The translations under genes were made by a program, and so were the position numbers. The notes under the pieces are model-generated. The model saw nothing but the letters and a program-made list of their open reading frames with translations, had not been told where the DNA came from and searched no databases. DNA of 64,000 nt from contig DASZGL010000095.1 of NCBI GenBank assembly GCA_035938875.1, positions 34,236 through 98,235 of the forward strand, written 5' to 3'. Shown piece by piece: positions 49,357 through 58,268 of this stretch; positions within the stretch are counted from its first letter, which is position 1, and each line of letters starts with the position of its first letter. Source of the stretch: Candidatus Dormiibacterota bacterium. Its GTDB lineage: Bacteria > Chloroflexota > Dormibacteria > Aeolococcales > Aeolococcaceae.

Positions 49357-49772
49357 CGCGTCGCCGGAGGAGTGGGAGGCGAGAACAGAGCGACCATCAC
49401 CGGGCCGACCAGGGGCACGAACAGGGCAACCAGTACCCAGAGCATCGAACCTCTGCGGATGGCCAGCAGGCAGCCGCCGATCCAGGCGACCGTCCCGGTC
49501 ACCGCGGTGAGCCCCTCGGCAGTGGCGGCGAAGACGCCCAGGGCGCCACTGCCGTGGTCGCTCGCCGCGTAAAGCGGGGCGAAGGCGAGAAACGAGGCGA
49601 TGGCCACGGCCGAGAAGGCGAGGATGGTGTTGCGGGTGAAGAAGGGCGCGGCCGGCGCGCTGCCAGGGCGGCGATCGATGGCGGATCCACCAAACGGGTC
49701 GGTACTGATCTCCACCGTAGCAGAGGGGGGATCCTCACTCGTGTTGGACCGTGATGCGCCGTCCACAGCCAT
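49353..49772 (-). CDS. Small hypothetical membrane protein (start uncertain)
   Basis: 139 aa with 3 hydrophobic segments, and a 4-nt overlap with the lyase start. It lies only 21 nt from the divergent rnhB start, so the true start is probably internal. Confidence 0.35.
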   Translation of the reverse strand: MAVDGASRSNTSEDPPSATVEISTDPFGGSAIDRRPGSAPAAPFFTRNTILAFSAVAIASFLAFAPLYAASDHGSGALGVFAATAEGLTAVTGTVAWIGGCLLAIRRGSMLWVLVALFVPLVGPVMVALFSPPTPPATR

Positions 49773-49793
49773 CTGCGGTTACGCTCTTGCGGC

Positions 49794-50459
49794 GTGGCGG
49801 TGGTCAGGCCGACTCTGCGCGCCGAGCGGGCCCTGTGGCGCTCGGGCCTTTTCCGGATCGTTGGCGTCGACGAATGCGGTGTCGGCAGCCTCTGCGGACC
49901 AGTGGTCGCCGCCGCATGTGTCATCAGGCACAACTGCCAGCGGATCGACGGCGTGCGCGACTCCAAGATGCTCTCGGCGCGCCAGCGCGAGCGCCTCGCC
50001 GTCGAGATCCGCCGGCGGGTCGTGGTTGTCGCGCTGGGCGCGGCGTCGGTGGCAGAGATCGACCGGCTCAACATCTATCACGCGACGCACCTGGCGATGC
50101 GCCGAGCACTGCGCAAGGTGGCGCCGTACGACCACGTGCTCGTGGACGGGCGGCGCATCGCCGGCTTCGACGACGTTGGACCGCACACCACCATCGTCGA
50201 CGGCGACGCCAGCTCCTATGCCATCGCGTGCGCGTCGGTCGTCGCCAAGGTGACACGTGACCGCCTGCTGCGGCGTCTCGACAGGTTCCACCCGGGATAC
50301 GGCTGGCATCACAACGCCGGTTACAGCACCGCCGAGCATCTCGCGGCGATCCGTGAACGCGGCGTGACTCCCTACCACCGGCGCAGCTTCGCACCGACGC
50401 GTCTCGCCATGGCCGGCGAACAGGAGCTGCTGCCCATGGCCGAGCTGATTCCCGCCTGA
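49794..50459 (+). CDS. rnhB: Ribonuclease HII
   Basis: 221 aa. GVDECGVGSLCGPVVAAA is the DEDD active-site start, and DSK is present. Confidence 0.9.
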   Translation: MAVVRPTLRAERALWRSGLFRIVGVDECGVGSLCGPVVAAACVIRHNCQRIDGVRDSKMLSARQRERLAVEIRRRVVVVALGAASVAEIDRLNIYHATHLAMRRALRKVAPYDHVLVDGRRIAGFDDVGPHTTIVDGDASSYAIACASVVAKVTRDRLLRRLDRFHPGYGWHHNAGYSTAEHLAAIRERGVTPYHRRSFAPTRLAMAGEQELLPMAELIPA

Positions 50460-50553
50460 CGCTTCGGGGTCACGTCGGGGTGACCGCCTAGACTGGCGCC
50501 GCGCTCATCCGCCTGAGCTCGTCTCACCCTGAGGGCTGACGATCACACCCCCG

Positions 50554-51072
50554 GTGCACCCAGACAAGCTGCGCGACGCAGCCCGGAAATTCGCCTCCGG
50601 GGTGACCGTCGCCACCGCTGCCCACTCCGGGCTGATCTACGCCATGACCGCAACGGCGTTCTCCACGCTGTCGATGGATCCGCCACTCGTCCTTCTCGGG
50701 GTGAAGAATTCGGGCAAGCTCCTCGAGTTGGCGCGCCGCGCCCAGCACTTCGGCGTCAGCGTGCTCAACGACGGCCAGCACGCCATCGGTCAGTGGGCAG
50801 CGATCTCCGGGCGCGTGCCCGAGCGCGACCTGACCATCTCCGAGACCATCAGGGCCCGCACCGGTGCGCCTTTGCTCGCCGGCTCGGCGGCATGGTTCGA
50901 CTGTGAGCTGCGCAGCCTCGCCGAGCACGGTGACCACACCGTCCTGGTCGGCCTGGTGGTCGACGCCTGGGCGGACGCTCCCGCCCAACCGCTGGTCTAC
51001 TTCGAAGGCGGTTACCACGCCCTCGGCAAGCGCCTCGCCGAGGGTGGTGTCACGGACATCAAGAATCTCTGA
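50554..51072 (+). CDS. Flavin reductase-like (FMN-binding split-barrel) protein
   Basis: 172 aa with a GTG start. SGVTVATA...SMDPPLVLL is typical of the NADH:flavin oxidoreductase / HpaC family. Confidence 0.75.
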   Translation: MHPDKLRDAARKFASGVTVATAAHSGLIYAMTATAFSTLSMDPPLVLLGVKNSGKLLELARRAQHFGVSVLNDGQHAIGQWAAISGRVPERDLTISETIRARTGAPLLAGSAAWFDCELRSLAEHGDHTVLVGLVVDAWADAPAQPLVYFEGGYHALGKRLAEGGVTDIKNL

Positions 51073-52884
51073 TCACTCGCTTGCGGGGTGTTCGCGGGAG
51101 CGCTCAGCAAAGGCATGGCTCAGTGCATCCACGCCTTCGCGCCAGTCGCACACCAGGCCGTAGTCACAGGCGCTGAAGATGCCGGCGTTGGCGTCATGGT
51201 TGACAGCAACAACAGTGCCCGCGCGCCGCAGCCCGGCGAGATGGTTGGCCGCGCCGCGGACGGCGACGCCGATGTACAGCCGGCAGACCAGCGCGTGTCC
51301 GCTGATGCCGATCTGCCGGCTTCGCGGCAGCCAGCCGCTGTCGACGACACGGCGGCTGCCACCGAAGGCGGCGCCGATGGCGGCGGCAAAGCGTCGCACA
51401 TGGGCGACGCCGTCGGGACCCTCGGTGCCGAATCCGGCGCACACCACCACGCCGCGTGCTCCGGCGAGCTCCGCGGCGTCGATGTCGACGCGACGCTCCA
51501 GCACCGTCACGGCATCGCTGTCGGCGACGGTGACCGACATCACTCGGACGGGAGCGTCGCGGGAGTCGTCGGCGCGCAGCGGCAGGCAGGTTCCGGGACG
51601 GATGGTGGTCAGCAGCGGTGTGGTGCGCGACGCGATCGGCGCCACCACCGCGCCGCCAAACGCGGGCTTGAGGGACAGCAGCTCGCCGCCGCTGAGCTCG
51701 AGGCCGATGCCGTCGCCGACCATCCCCGCCTGCAAGGCGGCCGCCACCCGGGGCATCCAGTCGCGTCCGCGGGGCGACGCCGGGGCGACCACCGCCAGCG
51801 GCTCGAGCAGCTCGATGGCCGCGAGCGCGGCGGCCGGCCACGAGGCGCCTGGTCGGCCGCACGCCGGCTGAGGAACGAGCACGAGATCGGCGCCGGCAGC
51901 GGCGAGGGAATCACCGTCGGCCTCGCCACCGAGGGCCAGGGCGGCCACCCATCCACCCAGGGCATCGGCGAACCGGGACGCCTCCCCGATCAGCTCGGCG
52001 ACCCCACGGTGGATCACGCCGTCCTCGGACTCGGCGGCGACGAGAAGACAGGGCCCGCGCTGAGAACGGACCGGGCCCGCCACAGCCAGCGACTCGCCCT
52101 CGGCGTCGCCGATGTCGCCGAAGGCGTCGAGCCGAGCCACCAGCTCGCCCGCGGCGTCGGCGCCGCCGAGGATCTCGCAGCGGCGCACGGGTGCGTCCTC
52201 GCGAACGGCGCGGACCACCGTCGGCGAACCCGCCAGGCCGATCGATCCCCCGTCAAGATGCAGCGAAGCCGCGTCCCAGACCTCGACGCGTCCTGGCGAC
52301 GTCTCGCGATACGCCGTGGGGTGGATGCGGCGTGGTTTGAGCATCGCCTCGACAACCGACACCAGGGCGGGAAGCCGTCCACGCACGGTCTCGGTGCCGC
52401 CGTCGATCTCCAGCACCGCATCGAATCCCTCACCTGCGACATCGAGGGCGACGGCGGCGGTCACCTGGGTCAGGCCGAGCAGCGCCGCGACCTCGGGCCC
52501 GACCTGACCTGTCTCCGAGTCGGTGGAGTGCTGTCCGCAGAGGACCAGGTCGAATGCGCCCATCTGCCGCAGTGCCGCGGCGATCACCTTCGCGGTCACC
52601 CAGGTGTCCGACCCGGCGAGCGCGGAGTCGCTGATCAGCACGGCGCGGTCGACGCCGCCGGCGAGACACTCGCGGAGCACGTCGACCGCGGCGGGTGGAC
52701 CCATGCTCAAGGCGACCACTTCAGCGCCTGACGCGTCGCGCAGCTGTAATGCACGGCTGAGCGCGGTGCGGTCGTACATGTTCATCACCGCTGGCACGCC
52801 TTCGCGCACCAGCGTGCGAGTCACTGGGTCGAGGTGCAGCTCGGCGACGTCGGGCACCTGCTTGACGAGCACGGCGACGCGCAT
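51073..52884 (-). CDS. etfBA: Electron transfer flavoprotein with fused beta and alpha subunits (EtfB-EtfA in one polypeptide)
   Basis: The start is set at ATG 52884 (MRVAVLVKQVPDVAEL), preceded by a GAGGAG Shine-Dalgarno. The first ~260 aa are EtfB-like (MNMYDRTALSRALQL). The reading frame continues without a stop into an EtfA-like FAD-binding domain (VVCAGFGTEGPDG, GISGHALVCRLYIGVAVRGA). Confidence 0.75.
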   Translation of the reverse strand: MRVAVLVKQVPDVAELHLDPVTRTLVREGVPAVMNMYDRTALSRALQLRDASGAEVVALSMGPPAAVDVLRECLAGGVDRAVLISDSALAGSDTWVTAKVIAAALRQMGAFDLVLCGQHSTDSETGQVGPEVAALLGLTQVTAAVALDVAGEGFDAVLEIDGGTETVRGRLPALVSVVEAMLKPRRIHPTAYRETSPGRVEVWDAASLHLDGGSIGLAGSPTVVRAVREDAPVRRCEILGGADAAGELVARLDAFGDIGDAEGESLAVAGPVRSQRGPCLLVAAESEDGVIHRGVAELIGEASRFADALGGWVAALALGGEADGDSLAAAGADLVLVPQPACGRPGASWPAAALAAIELLEPLAVVAPASPRGRDWMPRVAAALQAGMVGDGIGLELSGGELLSLKPAFGGAVVAPIASRTTPLLTTIRPGTCLPLRADDSRDAPVRVMSVTVADSDAVTVLERRVDIDAAELAGARGVVVCAGFGTEGPDGVAHVRRFAAAIGAAFGGSRRVVDSGWLPRSRQIGISGHALVCRLYIGVAVRGAANHLAGLRRAGTVVAVNHDANAGIFSACDYGLVCDWREGVDALSHAFAERSREHPASE

Positions 52885-52966
52885 TGCTCCTCTGAGGCTA
52901 GCAGGCGGGCACAGACGGCCGGCGCTGTGCGGGCCCCGCGATGTCCTGAGCTCAGAAGGGCGTGCG

Positions 52967-53626
52967 TCAGGAGATGAAGATGGCGGAGACGTACCAATCC
53001 CCGTTGCCGGCCTGCGCCCAGCCGACTCCGACGGTGGTGTACTGCGGCGTGAGGATGATGCCGCGGTGCTCTGGGCTGGCGAGCCACAGGCCGTTGACGA
53101 AGGCCGCGTCGGTGGTGCCCCGCTCGGTGCCGAGGATCTCGCCGAGGCTGCGCCAGCCCACGTCTTGGGCGTTGACGTGGGCGACAAGCCCGTCGTGGAA
53201 GAGCCTGCCCTGGGCGGCGTTCTGGGCGGCGTGAACGACGGCGGCACGACTCAGTGCGGCGGAGATCTGCAGCGGTGCCAATCCCTGGGCTGCGCGATCC
53301 GCGTTGAGCAGGGCGAGGGTGCTACTGGCGAGGCTGGCGGCGTCGACTGCGGGACGCGACGCGGGTGTTGCCGGCGGCGGCGTTGGCGGTGGGGGCGCCG
53401 GTCGGGGAGTTAGCACCGGGGGCGGAGCTGGGCTGACTGCTGGGTGAGGCTCCATGACCATGGCGACTGCGACGGTCAGGGCCGCCGGCGTCGAGCCCGT
53501 CACGATCATCGGGGCCTTGGGGCCGGAACCGGCCACGGCGACAGTGCCGACCAGACCGACGAGCACGGTGATCGCCCCCCTGGCCGCACCGAGCACGGCG
53601 CCGGAGCGCCGGTGATCGCGCAGCAT
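52967..53626 (-). CDS. CAP-domain (SCP/PR-1-like) secreted or anchored protein with a Pro-rich linker
   Basis: 219 aa with an N-terminal hydrophobic segment, then PAPPPVLTPRPAPPPPTPPP, then a C-terminal CAP domain (HAAQNAAQGRLFHDG...SPEHRGIIL). Confidence 0.65.
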   Translation of the reverse strand: MLRDHRRSGAVLGAARGAITVLVGLVGTVAVAGSGPKAPMIVTGSTPAALTVAVAMVMEPHPAVSPAPPPVLTPRPAPPPPTPPPATPASRPAVDAASLASSTLALLNADRAAQGLAPLQISAALSRAAVVHAAQNAAQGRLFHDGLVAHVNAQDVGWRSLGEILGTERGTTDAAFVNGLWLASPEHRGIILTPQYTTVGVGWAQAGNGDWYVSAIFIS

Positions 53627-53725
53627 CGGGCCGAGGATACGCCGCGCGATGGGGAGGCTGGGACCAGGCTGCCCGCGTGCGGCCCTGTTTACACCGACCG
53701 GCGCCAGCCCGTGCGCAGCACGAAC

Positions 53726-53960
53726 CTAGCTGACGATCGTGAAGGGCTGCGCCCTCGCGTACGTCTGACTGTCGCCGACGGGTGGCAGCGGGAACTCGAG
53801 GGTGCCGAGATCGTCACCCAGAGGATGCGCGAACTCGAAGCGCCACTCCGGGTACTGCGTGCCTTTGAGATCCCACCACGCCCGCCGGCGGCGCACCACG
53901 TAGAAGCTCCACACACCCTGCGGGTTTCGCTTCGTAGGCCACCCTAGCCAATCTCTCAAC
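53726..53960 (-). CDS. Small Trp-rich hypothetical protein (78 aa)
   Basis: The product is MLRDWLGWPTKRNPQGVWSFYVVRRRRAWWDLKGTQYPEWRFEFAHPL.... The start sits in an AT-rich island, and the gene is divergent from ilvC. The rest of track ORF 53726..54661 is antisense to ilvC and is rejected. Confidence 0.4.
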
Positions 53961-54079
53961 ATGAAATAAAAACGACGGCGCAAAACGCTTCCTTGCGGTC
54001 CCGCCCTGCCCAGGTGGGACGGCGCCGGCCCGGCACCGCCTATCCTGCTGCCCTCGTCCCGCGCCACCAGGAATACCGC

Positions 54080-55135
54080 ATGAAGACCATCGAGATCAAC
54101 GGCGTCACCGAGCAGATCATCGAACGCAGCGACTACCCGGTCGAGAAGCAGCACGCCGTCCTCGACGCCGAGGTGACGGCGATCCTCGGCTACGGCCCTC
54201 AGGGCAGGGGCCAGAGCCTCAACCTCCGCGACCAGGGCTTCAACGTCCTCATCGGAGTGCGCGACGGCCGCAGTAAGGAGAAGGCCCTGAGCGACGGTTG
54301 GGAGGAGGGCGAGAACCTGCTGAGCATCGAGGATGCAGCCGCGCAGGGAAGCGTGGTCCAGTACCTGCTCAGCGACGCCGCGCAGATCGCGCTCTGGCCC
54401 AGTATCCGCGAGCGCCTGCGTCCTGGCGACTGCCTCTACTTCTCCCACGGCTTCGGCATCGTCTTCCGCGACGACACCGGCATCGTTCCCCGCGACGACG
54501 TCGATGTCGTGCTCGTGGCACCCAAGGGCAGCGGCCTCACCGTGCGCACCCACTTTCTGGCCGGACGTGGCATCAACTCGTCGTTCGCCGTGTGGCAGGA
54601 CGCCACCGGGCGGGCCAGGGAGCGTGCCCTGGCGACGGCATTCGGAATCGGCAGCGGGCATGTCTTCGAAACCACGTTCGAGAACGAGGTCTACAGCGAC
54701 CTATGCGGCGAGCGGTCGGTGCTGATGGGGTTGATCCAGGGTGCGTTCAAGGCGCAGTACGACGTGCTCCGCGCACACGGCCACACACCGAGCGAGGCCT
54801 ACAACGAGACCGTCGAGGAGGCCCTGCAGAGCCTCTACCCGCTGATCGGCGAGAACGGCATGGACTGGATGTACGCCAACTGCTCGACCACGGCGCAGCG
54901 CGGCGCGCTCGACTGGGCCCCGCGATTCGAGGCCGTGCTCAAACCGCTGATCGAAGACTGCTACCAGAGCGTGCTTCGCGGCGACGAGGCGCGCACCGTC
55001 ATCCGCGCCAACAGTGACCCCAAGTACCGCGAGCGCCTCGATGGCGAGCTGGCGGCGATGGACGGCCAGGAACTATGGCAGGCGGCCCGCGTGCTCCGCG
55101 AATTCCGGCCTGAGCGGGTCGAGAAGACGGTGTGA
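54080..55135 (+). CDS. ilvC: Ketol-acid reductoisomerase (class I)
   Basis: The start is set at ATG 54080 (MKTIEING). Motifs are GYGPQGRGQSLNLRD and SHGFG. The track start at 53993 adds 29 aa that are not conserved. Confidence 0.92.
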   Translation: MKTIEINGVTEQIIERSDYPVEKQHAVLDAEVTAILGYGPQGRGQSLNLRDQGFNVLIGVRDGRSKEKALSDGWEEGENLLSIEDAAAQGSVVQYLLSDAAQIALWPSIRERLRPGDCLYFSHGFGIVFRDDTGIVPRDDVDVVLVAPKGSGLTVRTHFLAGRGINSSFAVWQDATGRARERALATAFGIGSGHVFETTFENEVYSDLCGERSVLMGLIQGAFKAQYDVLRAHGHTPSEAYNETVEEALQSLYPLIGENGMDWMYANCSTTAQRGALDWAPRFEAVLKPLIEDCYQSVLRGDEARTVIRANSDPKYRERLDGELAAMDGQELWQAARVLREFRPERVEKTV

Positions 55136-55163
55136 TCTGGCAGCGTCGAGGCCGTTTGACTTA

Positions 55164-55177
55164 CGAACATGCGTTCG
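55164..55177. promoter_or_regulatory. Candidate LexA / Cheo-box SOS operator, CGAACATGCGTTCG
   Basis: The sequence matches the Gram-positive and actinobacterial LexA consensus CGAAC-N4-GTTCG exactly. It lies 14 nt upstream of the HhH gene start at 55191. Confidence 0.55.
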
Positions 55178-55190
55178 GTATCATGCGGCT

Positions 55191-55484
55191 ATGCCGCTGC
55201 CGCCGATCGAGTTGGACCTGCCCCTCGGCGATACCGAGGAGACCGAGCTGGGGACGCGGCGGCACCGTCATCTGACGGAGCTGCCGGGGGTCGATGACGC
55301 CGTCGCCGTCCGTCTCGAGCGGGCCTTTCCCACTCTGGCCGCCCTGTACTCGGCGACAGAGGATCGCCTGGCCGAGGTGGTGGGTCCGGTGACCGCCGCC
55401 CGCATCCGCTGGTTCCTCGATGCCCCCCTGCGCCCGCCGGTCCCCGTCCGCCGGGGCAGCTCGGGCTGGCGTCACGCCGCCTGA
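55191..55484 (+). CDS. Small helix-hairpin-helix (HhH) DNA-binding protein, ComEA-C-like (97 aa)
   Basis: The HhH pair LTELPGVDDAVAVRLERAFPTLAALYSATEDRLAEVVGPVTAARI resembles ComEA. It is preceded by the SOS-box-like palindrome. Confidence 0.5.
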   Translation: MPLPPIELDLPLGDTEETELGTRRHRHLTELPGVDDAVAVRLERAFPTLAALYSATEDRLAEVVGPVTAARIRWFLDAPLRPPVPVRRGSSGWRHAA

Positions 55485-55623
55485 CGGGGCTCGCGCGCGG
55501 ACTTCGAAGGGGTGGCCGTGCTTTCGCCTTGCGGGACCGCTCCCTAGAATCGACCGCGGGGGCTCACGCGAATCACCAATGCGCTGACGCCGAGCGGTGG
55601 CGCAACACGGGAGGGTTATCGCC

Positions 55624-56250
55624 ATGTTGGGTCGCAGGGCCAGCACAGCCGCCGTGGCCGACAGCACCACCAGCGTCGCCGAGGACATCGGGGCACGGGC
55701 TGCGGAGATCGCCTCGGAGTTCGCCAGCCGGGCGGTGGAATCCGCCCGTGAGGCCCAGCGGGTAGCCACACCCGTGCTCCGCAGTGCGGCGTCGTCGGCG
55801 GCAGGGACGCTCAGCGAGGCTGCCGAAAAGGCCGCCGATATGCTCGCCGAGAGCGCCGAGCGGCTCGCCCAGAACGGCGCCAACGAGTCGAGCGCGGTCA
55901 TCGAAGCAGCTCGCGAGCGCGTCGCCGACGCCGCTGAGGCGTTCGCCGAATCGGTTCGCCCCAGGCGCCGCGGCAGGCGCATGCGCCGCTTGGTGATCGT
56001 CGGCACAGTGATCGGCTCCGGCGTCGTCGTCGGTCGCATCGTGCGCCAGAAGCTGGGCGCACGCAACCAGTACGACGACACGCCCAGTCACGACGAGTCG
56101 ATTCCCATCCCCTCGTTGTCGACCACTGGCGCCGCGGTCGAACACAAGCCCGACGCCGTGTCCGACGGCCAGGCTGCTCCGGGGCCGGCCGCTGGTGGCA
56201 ACGGCGTCCTTGCCGCTACCCAGGGGGCGAGCGAAGAAAGCGAGGGCTGA
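55624..56250 (+). CDS. Ala-rich helical (apolipoprotein-like) protein with one TM segment
   Basis: The start is set at ATG 55624, preceded by a GGGAGGG Shine-Dalgarno. Amphipathic Ala/Glu repeats are followed by RRRGRRMRRLVIVGTVIGSGVVVG and a Gly/Pro/Ser tail. Confidence 0.55.
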   Translation: MLGRRASTAAVADSTTSVAEDIGARAAEIASEFASRAVESAREAQRVATPVLRSAASSAAGTLSEAAEKAADMLAESAERLAQNGANESSAVIEAARERVADAAEAFAESVRPRRRGRRMRRLVIVGTVIGSGVVVGRIVRQKLGARNQYDDTPSHDESIPIPSLSTTGAAVEHKPDAVSDGQAAPGPAAGGNGVLAATQGASEESEG

Positions 56251-56421
56251 GCCCTGCCTGACTCAAGCCGCGCCGACAGCGGACTTCGAGCTCGTCTAGC
56301 CCGCAGCCTGCCGGCGCTAGTCGCCAAGCGCTATGGGGACGACGGGGGCGATACGTGGGCGGCCGCCATCGCCCTGGGAACGCTTCTCGCCCTCTTCCCC
56401 ATCGTCCTGGCCATCCTCTTC

Positions 56422-57222
56422 GTGACCAGCCTGGCGATGCGCGACCCTGGCGCCCGCGATGCGGTTCTCGAGCGGCTCGCCCGAGTCCTGCCGCCCAGTC
56501 AGCCCGGGGACCCCAACTCGACCTTCGAGCAGGTGCGCAGCGCCCTCGACGGAGTGCGATCCAGCACCGGGCTCCTCGGCGTGGTCAGCGTGCTCAGCCT
56601 CTTCTGGGGAGGTTCGGCGCTCTTCGGTCGTGTCGAGAACGCGCTCGCCGTCATCCATCGCTTCGAGAAGCGCGACTTCATCCAGCAGAAGCTGATGGCG
56701 GTGGGGATGATCGTTGCCTATGCGCTACTGACCGTCGTCGGCATCGCCGCCTCGTCGGCGCTTGCGGTGATCACGCCCGTCGCCGAGCGCGGCGGCGCCA
56801 GCGACATCCTGGGTGGCCCCGTTCGTTACGTGGTGCAGGTGATCGTCGGCTTGTCGGTCGGCTTTACCCTCTTCGGCCTCATGTACGTCGTCATCCCCCG
56901 GCCGCGTCACAGCCTTCGCCGGGCGCTGCCGGGGACGCTCTTTGGCGCCGCGGGCTTCGAGCTGCTCACCCTGCTCTGGCCGCTGTACTTCAGCATCGCC
57001 GGCAACGGCATGACGCGCTACGGTCAGGAGTTCGGACTGCTCCTTGTTTTGGTCACGTACGTCTTCTTCCTCTCGCAGATATTGATCATCGGCGCGGTGC
57101 TCAATGCCGTGGTCGCCGAGAGGCGCAGCGCGCGTGCCCGGTTGACGGCAACGGAGCCCCGCTACGAGGCGGCGACGGGGATCACCCAGCCGGTCACCCC
57201 CATCGACAGCATTCGCCGGTGA
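56422..57222 (+). CDS. YihY/BrkB-family (ribonuclease-BN-like) membrane protein; the true N-terminus is upstream and unresolved
   Basis: YihY motifs RYGDDGG..AAAIALGTLLALFPIVL are encoded in-frame at 56329-56420, before the first canonical start at GTG 56422. No ATG, GTG or TTG exists between the upstream TGA (56248-50) and that motif. Confidence 0.65.
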   Translation: MTSLAMRDPGARDAVLERLARVLPPSQPGDPNSTFEQVRSALDGVRSSTGLLGVVSVLSLFWGGSALFGRVENALAVIHRFEKRDFIQQKLMAVGMIVAYALLTVVGIAASSALAVITPVAERGGASDILGGPVRYVVQVIVGLSVGFTLFGLMYVVIPRPRHSLRRALPGTLFGAAGFELLTLLWPLYFSIAGNGMTRYGQEFGLLLVLVTYVFFLSQILIIGAVLNAVVAERRSARARLTATEPRYEAATGITQPVTPIDSIRR

Positions 57223-58238
57223 CAGGCGCCATTCGGCGTGCAGCGGCCCAACTCGGCGACACGGAAGAGCCGAACCGGGCTCGAGGCGGCGTGGAGCGCC
57301 GCGGCTGGTACGAGGTCTTCTACGTCACCGCCGCGCTCGGCGGGGGTCGCGCCGCCTGGCTGCGCTGGACGCTCTCGGTCCCCCGGCAGGGCCCCGCGTC
57401 GACGGCGCTCTGGGCGTGCGCCTTTGACCGTCAGCGTCCGCGCTGGTTCGCAGCGCGCAATCAGCTCGATGGCACGGCATGGCGCCCTCTCGTCGATGGC
57501 GGTGTGGCTCTGGGCGACGCCAGGGTGAGCGGCGGAGGCTGCAGCGGGTCCGCGGTCGATGAGGGCGGTAGGACCATGCGGTGGGAGCTGGAGTGGCAGC
57601 CACTGGCGACGCCGTTCGCCTTCTTTCCGGCGGCGATGGAGCGGCTCGCCGGCGGCGCCACCTACCCCATCGTCAGCGTGCCCATCGCACACGCCGAGGG
57701 CCATGTCGACGTGGATGGCGAGCGCATGGAGTGTCAGGCGACGCCGGTGCAGCAGTCGCACCTCTTCGGCGGCCGCCACGCCCACCGCTGGGGATGGGTT
57801 CATGCGCTCGGCTTTGACACCGACCCCGACGGCTATCTGGTCCTGGTCTGGGCGCGCGCGGCGCGACTGGGGGGGCGCACCCCTCCGGTGTCGTCAATCG
57901 CTCTGCGGGTCGGCGGTCGGGAGCTTCGCGCCGCCGGCTTTCGTGGGCTGCGCAGCGTGCTCTGGGGCGATGGCGGGGCCGGGTTGGTGCACTTCTCGGC
58001 GCTCATCGACGGCGTCGACATCGAGGGTGAGCTCGAGGTTCCCACTGACCTGCTCACCGGCGTCACCTACCACGACCCGGATGGCGCCGAGGTGTTCTGC
58101 GCCAACACCGAGGTCGCCGATCTGCGGCTGCGCTTGCGCGAGCGTGATGGTGCGGTGCAGACGGTCAGCTGCCGTGCCGCCTGCGGCTTCGAGCGGGGGT
58201 CGCGGACGCGACTGCAGGGAGTCTGGCAGCCGCTCTGA
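57219..58238 (+). CDS. Hypothetical protein (about 339 aa), Trp/Arg-rich
   Basis: The candidate GTG start overlaps the YihY stop (GTGA). The long frame-0 ORF has high GC3 throughout. Confidence 0.5.
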   Translation: MTGAIRRAAAQLGDTEEPNRARGGVERRGWYEVFYVTAALGGGRAAWLRWTLSVPRQGPASTALWACAFDRQRPRWFAARNQLDGTAWRPLVDGGVALGDARVSGGGCSGSAVDEGGRTMRWELEWQPLATPFAFFPAAMERLAGGATYPIVSVPIAHAEGHVDVDGERMECQATPVQQSHLFGGRHAHRWGWVHALGFDTDPDGYLVLVWARAARLGGRTPPVSSIALRVGGRELRAAGFRGLRSVLWGDGGAGLVHFSALIDGVDIEGELEVPTDLLTGVTYHDPDGAEVFCANTEVADLRLRLRERDGAVQTVSCRAACGFERGSRTRLQGVWQPL

Positions 58239-58268
58239 ATTCAGCCGAACCGCTACACTCGCGGTCCC

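Noticed and set aside
53961-54661. N-terminal 230 aa of track ORF 53726-54661 (-)
   Set aside because: It is antisense to the ilvC 5' half. Only the last 78 codons (53726-53960) have an independent start and plausible composition.
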